This document shows, piece after piece, positions 28,524 to 34,892 of a DNA stretch of 48,943 bases (positions are counted from its first letter, which is position 1; every line of letters starts with the position of its first letter). Origin of the DNA: Eubacteriales bacterium (GTDB taxonomy: Bacteria > Bacillota > Clostridia > Oscillospirales > QAKW01); NCBI GenBank assembly GCA_045544795.1, contig JAZPZR010000123.1:1-48943 (forward strand), given 5' to 3'. Under the pieces are notes generated by a model, which worked only from the letters and a program-made list of their open reading frames with translations, did no database searches and had not been told where the DNA came from. The translations under genes and the position numbers were made by a program.

Positions 28524-28823
28524 TCACTTATTGTTTTGGTCTATATTCTCTTTAAGGATCTTTTTGATCCATTTTTCGGTGTAACCGTATTTTAGAGCAA
28601 GTTGCTTAACATTGTAACCGTTGTATTCTTCAATGATTTGCTTTCTTATGAATTCTCTACTGAACAAATCCACAGGGAAGAATATCTGTTGACCTCGGTA
28701 TGTAGAATGAATTTTCAACACCGCATCAATTCCAATTAAATTCGCAAGTTCACTATATGCGGAATTTAGATACTCTCCTTTAATAACCTTGGGATCCATC
28801 GACACTCGTAATTCACCTCTCAT
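28524..28823 (-). CDS. Mor-family transcriptional activator
   Basis: 99 aa; C-terminal HTH ..YNGYNVKQLALKYGYTEKWIKKIL.. typical of Mu Mor/C-like activators. Ends 10 nt upstream of the collagen-like gene. Confidence 0.7.
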   Translation of the reverse strand: MRGELRVSMDPKVIKGEYLNSAYSELANLIGIDAVLKIHSTYRGQQIFFPVDLFSREFIRKQIIEEYNGYNVKQLALKYGYTEKWIKKILKENIDQNNK

Positions 28824-28929
28824 TTTTCGACACTCCTTTCTAAATTATATTACTATTTATAGGAACTGTGTAGAGCCGCACTTCCCCGAATAGTTCCTTG
28901 TAAAATTCCATAGTTTTCCTAAAGCAAAC

Positions 28930-29037
28930 AGACGACAATCCGGTCTTTGCGCACAGAAACACGGTTGCACGCTACTAAAGCGTGCAGGTTTCGTGTTTCG
29001 ACAGTTTTAACTGTTGCGCAAAACCAAATTGTCGTCT
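28930..29037. other. 108-nt nested inverted-repeat structure (candidate origin, oriT or structured RNA)
   Basis: Perfect nested stems: agacgacaat/attgtcgtct (10 bp), tttgcgca/tgcgcaaa (8), gaaacacg/cgtgtttc (8), tgcacgct/agcgtgca (8), plus the side hairpin acagtt-tt-aactgt. Confidence 0.6.
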
Positions 29038-29058
29038 CAAATAAAAAAGCACCCGACA

Positions 29059-29087
29059 TTACCTACCGTGTGCTTCAAGATTATAAT
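29059..29087 (+). promoter_or_regulatory. candidate promoter with a conserved spacer motif (twin at 36406..36434)
   Basis: TTACCT, 17 nt, TATAAT. The spacer ccgtgtgcttcaag is identical to 36413..36426. Confidence 0.45.
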
Positions 29088-29165
29088 ATGTATTCAAGAT
29101 TTTCTATGATCCAATGTTTTTTGTTTTAAAAACCTCAATATTTTTTTGAATTTTTTCAACAAAAG

Positions 29166-29194
29166 TTGCATTTTTGCAACTTTTAATATATAAT
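29166..29194 (+). promoter_or_regulatory. near-consensus sigmaA promoter with an overlapping operator palindrome (HD operon)
   Basis: TTGCAT, 17 nt, TATAAT. The palindrome aagttgc-N6-gcaactt (29163..29182) overlaps the -35. Confidence 0.6.
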
Positions 29195-29257
29195 ACAGGT
29201 GAAATATGCTGAATTAGTTTGTCTAAGTTCTGGCAAAATCACTTGAAAGGGGAATGT

Positions 29258-30547
29258 ATGTATCAATTTAGAGATCCTATCCATGGATTTATCAATGTAT
29301 CTGATGGCGAATTAAAAATCATAAACTCTTTCCCTTTTCAAAGGTTAAGAAATATACGTCAATTAGCAACTACATATCTTGTTTATCACGGTGCAGAACA
29401 TACGAGATTTGGACATTCATTAGGAGTTATGCATCTAACCTCTCGCGTTTTTGATTCTATCACAAGGAAAGTTCCCAACCTTTTTTCTGATGATGAAAAG
29501 GAAAATGAAATTAAAATTCTTTGGTATCGTCAAATCTTGAGACTGATCGGTCTCACTCATGATCTTGGACACGCACCTTTTTCTCATGCTTCAGAAGAAT
29601 TATTTGAAGATGGAAAGAAACACGAAGATTATACTAAACAAATTATATGCGAGACTGTTGTTGCTGATCATATAAATGAGATAGGTAAAAAGTTTCAAGA
29701 ACAATATGGTCCCACATATGAAATCACACCTGAGCTCATTTGGATGATTTATGACGGAAAAGATGTAGCAAATGAAAAATTTATAATGCCGGACTTTCTT
29801 TTTTTGAAAAGCTTTATGGATGGCGAATTAGATTGCGACAAAATGGATTATCTTCTCCGTGACTCGTTGTACTGCGGTGTTACATACGGCAAATATGATT
29901 TGGATAGATTTGTTTCAACGTTAACAGCCTATAAATATAAAAAAGAAAATCGTTTGCAAATCGCCATTGAAAGAGGCGGTGTGCAAGCTTTAGAAGAATT
30001 TGTTTTAGCTCGTTATTTTATGTTTATCCAAGTCTATTTTCACAAAACAAGAAGATATCTGGATAAAGCACTTTTTAGTGCGATGCAAGCAATTCTTCCA
30101 AATAAAAAATTCCCTATTGATACAAATGAGTATTTACAATGGAATGATAACCGTATTCTTAATGAAATTGCTTCATCAGCAGCAGATGAAGTTTTATCCT
30201 TTAAAAACAGAAATATTATGACTTGCGTTTACGAGTCGCCAGCACACGCTGAAGCTTCCACAAAGTTCCTTTTAACTACGTTAAGAGAGAAATATGGAAA
30301 AAATATCTTATGTGATAATGTAGACAAAGCGGCTCATAAGCTCAGCCCCGCACTCTTATCTCGTAAAGACGATAGTGGTAAAGGCATTATGATTTACGAT
30401 GAGAAAACTGGCGATGTCACTAATATTATGGAGGAATCTATCATCTTAGGTTCTATTATAAAGCCTATTAGCATCAAAAGAGTTTATGCTGTTAAAGAAA
30501 TAGCTGACGATGTAATTGCAACAATAAAAAAACTTAGTGCAGAGTAA
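29258..30547 (+). CDS. HD-domain dNTP triphosphohydrolase-like protein (SAMHD1/EF1143/YwfO type)
   Basis: 429 aa from the ATG at 29258. FRDPIHGFI...FQRLRNIRQL....GAEHTRFGHSLGV, HDLGHAPFSH and DCDKMDYLLRDS are the hallmark motifs of this HD subfamily. Confidence 0.85.
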   Translation: MYQFRDPIHGFINVSDGELKIINSFPFQRLRNIRQLATTYLVYHGAEHTRFGHSLGVMHLTSRVFDSITRKVPNLFSDDEKENEIKILWYRQILRLIGLTHDLGHAPFSHASEELFEDGKKHEDYTKQIICETVVADHINEIGKKFQEQYGPTYEITPELIWMIYDGKDVANEKFIMPDFLFLKSFMDGELDCDKMDYLLRDSLYCGVTYGKYDLDRFVSTLTAYKYKKENRLQIAIERGGVQALEEFVLARYFMFIQVYFHKTRRYLDKALFSAMQAILPNKKFPIDTNEYLQWNDNRILNEIASSAADEVLSFKNRNIMTCVYESPAHAEASTKFLLTTLREKYGKNILCDNVDKAAHKLSPALLSRKDDSGKGIMIYDEKTGDVTNIMEESIILGSIIKPISIKRVYAVKEIADDVIATIKKLSAE

Positions 30548-30573
30548 CAATATATTATAAGGAGGTAGGAGTA

Positions 30574-31062
30574 ATGGTAAATAATAATGCTATCATCAAT
30601 ATAATTCATAAAATAACAGCAAAAAATACTGCTCCTTGCAAAAAAACTTTGCAAAAAATCGTTTTCTTAATACAAGCAAAAGGTGAAGATTTAGGTTGCG
30701 ATTATGGTATTCACTTTTTCGGTCCATATAGTGCCGATCTTGATTATGCAGTACGTGAACTAAGCGATGAAGGTGTTTTAAACACCGCATATACTTCAAT
30801 GGTACATCGTATTTCCGTCGCAGAAGAAGCAGAAATACAAGAATATCACAATGCAACAGTAGATTCTGTAGTAGACGAATTTGCAGGGGACACTCCCAGT
30901 GAGTTAGAACTCCTCGCAACCGCTCTTTATGCATATATAAGCCTAAAAGATATATCTAAAATAAAACCTACTGTTATTAAGATTAAAGGATCAAAATATT
31001 CTGAAGCTCGAATCGATTCTGCAATAAAACGATTGAAAAAAATGAATTATATATCTGCATAA
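30574..31062 (+). CDS. small partner protein, YwgA/Panacea(DUF4065)-like (tentative)
   Basis: 162 aa; strong SD aaggagg, 26 nt after the HD gene. KKTLQKIVFLIQ...FFGPYSADLDYAVRELSDEG resembles winged-helix phage-associated antitoxin-type domains. The family call is from memory. Confidence 0.55.
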   Translation: MVNNNAIINIIHKITAKNTAPCKKTLQKIVFLIQAKGEDLGCDYGIHFFGPYSADLDYAVRELSDEGVLNTAYTSMVHRISVAEEAEIQEYHNATVDSVVDEFAGDTPSELELLATALYAYISLKDISKIKPTVIKIKGSKYSEARIDSAIKRLKKMNYISA

Positions 31063-31066
31063 CTTA

Positions 31067-31098
31067 ATCCCCCGAAGTTACATACTTCGGGGGATTTT
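31067..31098 (+). terminator. intrinsic terminator of the HD operon
   Basis: atcccccgaagt-tacat-acttcgggggat followed by tttt. Confidence 0.8.
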
Positions 31099-31309
31099 AA
31101 AATGTTTCCGGTACAGATACAAAAATTCGAATCGTTTTAGCCTTTCCACGCTTTTTGACTGTGGGGTGTTCAGAGAATTCTACCTGATTTTCTACACCGT
31201 ATCGGATCACCTTGTCACGTGTCTTAATCGTATCTACAAGAAAGCCGAAAAAGCGGGGCTTGTCCGTTTTATAAATAGAATGGAACATTTCCGAGCATAA
31301 GGTGGGCAC
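31097..31309 (-). other. latent 3' coding segment: 67 codons that become the recombinase C-terminus after excision/circularisation
   Basis: Stop-free 70-codon frame that begins inside the attR core, in the same phase as the recombinase frame crosses the attL core. No SD of its own. Confidence 0.55.
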
Positions 31310-31310
31310 C
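31302..31310. repeat. attR core (GTGGGCACC)
   Basis: Identical to 17398..17406, and cotJC similarity resumes immediately after it. Confidence 0.85.
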
Positions 31311-31721
31311 GAAGAAATGGCTCATATGGAAATGGTGTGCGCCATGATTCAGATGCTGACGCGCGATCTTTCTACTACCGAGATCGAAAAGGCGGGGCTT
31401 GCACCCTACTTTGTCGACCATACGATAGGACTCTGGCCGCAGTCGTCGGGCGGACTTGACTTTTCAGCAAGATACTTTCAGTCAAAGGGCGACCCGATAA
31501 CCGACCTCACCGAAGATATGGGCGCAGAGCAAAAGGCGCGTACGACCTATGATAATATCTTAAGACTTATAGACAATCCCGACGTAAAGGATGCAATAAG
31601 ATTCCTTCGCGAGCGTGAGATAGTCCATTTTCAACGCTTCGGTGAAGCGCTTCGTAACGTGACCGAGCGTCAGGACAGTAAAAACATCTACGCGATAAAC
31701 CCCGCGTACGATAAAAAATAA
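31311..31721 (+). pseudogene. cotJC: cotJC 3' segment (136 codons plus stop)
   Basis: EEMAHMEMVCAMIQML...QSKGDPITDLTEDMGAEQKARTTYD...FLREREIVHFQRF is the CotJC/Mn-catalase-family C-terminal two thirds. In phase with 17218..17406. Confidence 0.9.
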
Positions 31722-31749
31722 ACGGCAGGAGCAAGCCCCTGCCCTACAG

Positions 31750-31780
31750 AAAAAGCAGATGGATTTTCCATCTGCTTTTT
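31750..31780 (+). terminator. intrinsic terminator (bidirectional hairpin), exact inverted twin of 34132..34162
   Basis: aaaaagcagatgg-atttt-ccatctgcttttt. Confidence 0.8.
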
Positions 31781-31823
31781 GTTGATCAATCATAGAACCG
31801 TCCCCTGATTGAAAGGGCATTTT

Positions 31824-32786
31824 TTATTTTTTCTTTGCAACGCTGTTACGCAGTACAAGGCGGGCAGGGTATGTAACGTTTTTGTTTTTGTAGTATTTAT
31901 TCTTCACTTTTTTTGCCATAAGCTCCCACGCGCTCTCGCATACCGCCTCTGTATTAAAGGCGATTGTTGTGAGCGGGGTTTCGACAAACTGTGAAAAGCT
32001 TATGTTGTTAATGCCTATTACCGACATATCGTCAGGCACCGACACACCCTGACTTTTAAGATATTTTATTGCACCGTAGGCGATATCGTCGTATGCGCAT
32101 ATTATTGCGGTGTACCTGGTCTTTTTACTGAGTAACCGCTTTGCGCCGTCCTGACCTGCCATCTGAAAACGCTGCGCGCTCTCAATAACGTTGTCGCAGT
32201 TATACGGCAGACGGCAGATATCGCAAAACATTTTTGCCTTTGATTTTGTGAGTGATTCGCCTAAAAATGCAATATCGGTATGCCCGTTTTGTGTTAAAAG
32301 CTCCACTGCATCACGCATCGCACGGCGCATATCGATGTTTATCGAGTCGTCTTTTGTTTTTGACGACATGAGCGACACGATCGGCGTCTCATAACCGCTT
32401 TTTAATTCGTTGTGGAGCGTTATTACAAAAATTCCGTCGACGTTTAAAAACGATGCGTAATAGTCAATAAGCTCCGTCTGTTTTTCACCGTTAAAATTAT
32501 CGGTCGACATCAGCACTATACCGCCGTTTTGCTCGATTATTTCCTGCAGACGACGTACGTAGTCGTTGTAATATACGCTTTCGATTTCGGGGAAGATTAT
32601 TGCAAAAATCTTTTTATGAAATCTTGATTTGTAAAACTTTCCGTAGCAACCGTATTCCTTTGCAAGCGCAAATATTTTTTCTTTTGTATCAGCGCTTACG
32701 TCTAATGCGTCCCTAAATGCTTTTGATACCGTAGATACCGAAACACCTGCAAGCTTTGCGAGCTTTTCCATCGTCATTTTAATCAC
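31824..32786 (-). CDS. LacI-family transcriptional regulator
   Basis: 320 aa; N-terminal HTH MEKLAKLAGVSVSTVSKAF plus a periplasmic-binding-protein-like fold. Confidence 0.9.
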   Translation of the reverse strand: MIKMTMEKLAKLAGVSVSTVSKAFRDALDVSADTKEKIFALAKEYGCYGKFYKSRFHKKIFAIIFPEIESVYYNDYVRRLQEIIEQNGGIVLMSTDNFNGEKQTELIDYYASFLNVDGIFVITLHNELKSGYETPIVSLMSSKTKDDSINIDMRRAMRDAVELLTQNGHTDIAFLGESLTKSKAKMFCDICRLPYNCDNVIESAQRFQMAGQDGAKRLLSKKTRYTAIICAYDDIAYGAIKYLKSQGVSVPDDMSVIGINNISFSQFVETPLTTIAFNTEAVCESAWELMAKKVKNKYYKNKNVTYPARLVLRNSVAKKK

Positions 32787-32888
32787 CCAATTTAATTATA
32801 CTTTTGATAATAAAAAATTCAAGGCTTACGAAAATTTTTCGCAAACCAATTGCTTGAACTGATGATTTTTGTCTGTTACCATAGTCTT

Positions 32889-34130
32889 ATGAAAAAATAT
32901 GATTTATCTCAAAAAATGTATATTGTAGAGGCTACTGCCGAGCATCTTATAAGTATCGTGGTGTCGGGTGCGTTTTTGGCGACCCTTACAAAGCACCTCG
33001 GTATCTCGGACAGCATAACAGGAATACTGTCGTCGGTAAGCACGCTTGGCTGTCTTTTTCAGCTCATCTCCCTTTTCTTTCAGCCGACACGCAAAAAGCC
33101 GTTTGTAATTGCACTCAGCATTGCAAACCAACTGCTGTTTGTCTCACTGTATTTTATACCGCTTCTAAATATAAATAGTACGGTAAAAATAGCGCTGTTT
33201 GTTGCAATTATCATTCTTGCCTATCTTATCTATAATATTGCGCACGCCAAAAAGATTGCGTGGCTTATGTCGCTTGTCGACGACAGCCACAGGGGAAGCT
33301 TTACCGCCGATAAGGAAATGACGTCGCTGTGGGTTGGAATGGTATTCTCGTTTGCTATGGGTGCACTCAGCGATAAGTTTATCGAAAAAGGACAGCATAC
33401 CTTTGCGTTTATCTCTTTTGCTGCGGTGATGCTTGTGCTTTGCATCGTTCACACCGTGTCAATGTTAAAAGCAAGCGAAAGTCCGTCTTCCGGTCAGTCA
33501 AAGCCGAATATAATTTCAGCGTTAATGTCGGTGCTTTCAAATAAAAAGATGCGCGGAGTAATGCTCACTTTCGTGCTCTATCAGATAGCAACGCACACCT
33601 CAACTCCTTTCTATTCCACCTATCTTATAAACGATCTCGGTTTTTCACTAAAGACGGTTACTGCAATGAGCATTGTCGGCAGTGTTTCACGCATTGTAGT
33701 GTCGCGGTTCTGGGGCAGGTTTGCCGACAAACACTCGTTTGCAAAAATGTTCGGACGTGCTTCGGGGCTTTTGGCGCTTGCATACGTTGCGGTGGTATTT
33801 ACAGGACCGAAAACCGCACCGGTACTGTTTTTAGCATATTACATACTTCACGGAATGGCGCTTGGCGGTACAAACAGTGGTCTTATCAACCTCGTGTTTG
33901 ACTATGCACCAAACGAGTCACGTGCCGATGCACTTGCGGTCTGTCAGGCGGTTGCGGGTGTTGTAGGATTTTTGTCCACCCTTGCACTAAGTCCGCTTGT
34001 CAGCATCATTCAGAAAAGTGGAAACACCGTCTTTGGCTTGCCGATTTACGCGCAACAGCTTTTGTCGGTGGCTGCGGTAATTATCAGTGGTATACTGGTA
34101 CTGTGGGTTAAAAAAGCATTCAAAAAATAA
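32889..34130 (+). CDS. MFS transporter
   Basis: Polytopic (about 12 TM) protein. Start uncertain (TTG 32850, ATG 32862 or ATG 32889); none has a good SD. Confidence 0.75.
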   Translation: MKKYDLSQKMYIVEATAEHLISIVVSGAFLATLTKHLGISDSITGILSSVSTLGCLFQLISLFFQPTRKKPFVIALSIANQLLFVSLYFIPLLNINSTVKIALFVAIIILAYLIYNIAHAKKIAWLMSLVDDSHRGSFTADKEMTSLWVGMVFSFAMGALSDKFIEKGQHTFAFISFAAVMLVLCIVHTVSMLKASESPSSGQSKPNIISALMSVLSNKKMRGVMLTFVLYQIATHTSTPFYSTYLINDLGFSLKTVTAMSIVGSVSRIVVSRFWGRFADKHSFAKMFGRASGLLALAYVAVVFTGPKTAPVLFLAYYILHGMALGGTNSGLINLVFDYAPNESRADALAVCQAVAGVVGFLSTLALSPLVSIIQKSGNTVFGLPIYAQQLLSVAAVIISGILVLWVKKAFKK

Positions 34131-34131
34131 C

Positions 34132-34163
34132 AAAAAGCAGATGGAAAATCCATCTGCTTTTTT
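34132..34163. terminator. bidirectional intrinsic terminator, inverted twin of 31750..31780
   Basis: aaaaagcagatgg-aaaat-ccatctgctttttt. Confidence 0.8.
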
Positions 34164-34200
34164 ACACAACAAACTGTTATGCTGTGTTGTTTTTTTGTAA

Positions 34201-34383
34201 TCATTTTTCTATATTTGCGCCTATTTTTTCCGCAAAAGCAAGTGCAGCTTCTTTTACGGCACGATCACATACAGAACTCTCAAGATTAATGTTATCAAGA
34301 CCTATGCAATCATAAACGCTTATGGCTTTAAATTCGTTGACTGTGTCTAAAAAGCCAAAATATGAATTGTATTTATTAGTTCT
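34201..34383 (-). other. 60-codon open extension in frame behind the TAA of the 148-aa gene (nonsense-truncated tail or readthrough candidate)
   Basis: Hand translation: RTNKYNSYFGFLDTVNEFKAISVYDCIGLDNINLESSVCDRAVKEAALAFAEKIGANIEK-stop. Same phase as 34384..34830, with no internal start. Confidence 0.4.
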
Positions 34384-34830
34384 TTATGACTTTTCATTTA
34401 TAGTCTTTTCAATCAGTTCAATATCACTTTTAAGAACAAATATGTCAACTTCTAATTCTCTGAGTCTTTCCTTATATTCATCTTCAGAGTCAAAGTCATA
34501 GTCGTTGTACTTATCTTCATCCAAGTCTTCAATCTCTTCATATTCTTCCTCCAATTCTTCAAGTTCTTCCTTTGCTTCGGAAAGTTCGTCCGTAAGCTCC
34601 CCGATTGTCAAATTATCAATTTCAGCACGGGGGAGATAGGATAGAGCAACTATTGCATGATTATCAGAGTCAAAAATATCATACTGCGACCAGTAAAAAT
34701 CCATTATCGATGCATTATTTCTTTCACAGATTGCTTTCCGCTTCTTTTTAGACTCAATATAGATTTGATATTCAAGATCTTCTTCCGAAATTTTCGAGCT
34801 GCATTCAAATGTGATCGTTAATCTAGTCAT
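34384..34830 (-). CDS. hypothetical protein with an extremely acidic C-terminal half
   Basis: 148 aa; ..ELEELEEEYEEIEDLDEDKYNDYDFDSEDEY... AT-rich. No family recognised. Confidence 0.65.
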   Translation of the reverse strand: MTRLTITFECSSKISEEDLEYQIYIESKKKRKAICERNNASIMDFYWSQYDIFDSDNHAIVALSYLPRAEIDNLTIGELTDELSEAKEELEELEEEYEEIEDLDEDKYNDYDFDSEDEYKERLRELEVDIFVLKSDIELIEKTINEKS

Positions 34831-34892
34831 ATAATCTGCCTTCTTTCAGAATTGTAAAAGTTATTCGTTTTTTAATTTCATCAGTTTATCGG

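Larger units (their letters stand above)
17398..31310. mobile_element. 13.9-kb integrated element (skin-like intervening element) inserted in cotJC
   Basis: Bounded by identical 9-mers GTGGGCACC. A large serine recombinase sits at the left end. Sequence is visibly AT-richer than the flanks. Deleting one core copy plus the interior restores an intact cotJC ORF. Confidence 0.9.

Noticed and set aside
28947-29129. 60-aa plus-strand ORF in the mor/HD intergenic region.
   Set aside because: It runs straight through the nested inverted repeats and promoter motifs, has no SD, and has odd composition. The region is better explained as structured or regulatory DNA.
31109-31119. 11-mer ggtacagatac shared between the right end of the element (31109..31119) and 36452..36462, considered as a possible second att-like site.
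   Set aside because: Many exact 11-mer matches are expected by chance in a 49-kb window on two strands, and the flanking sequence does not align.
17398-31310. Possibility that the inserted element is a prophage (tail-fibre-like SAYE.AV..EWL motifs, Mor activator).
   Set aside because: No terminase, portal, capsid, tail-tube or lysis genes are recognisable, and 13.9 kb is too small. It is treated as a non-viral integrative element.
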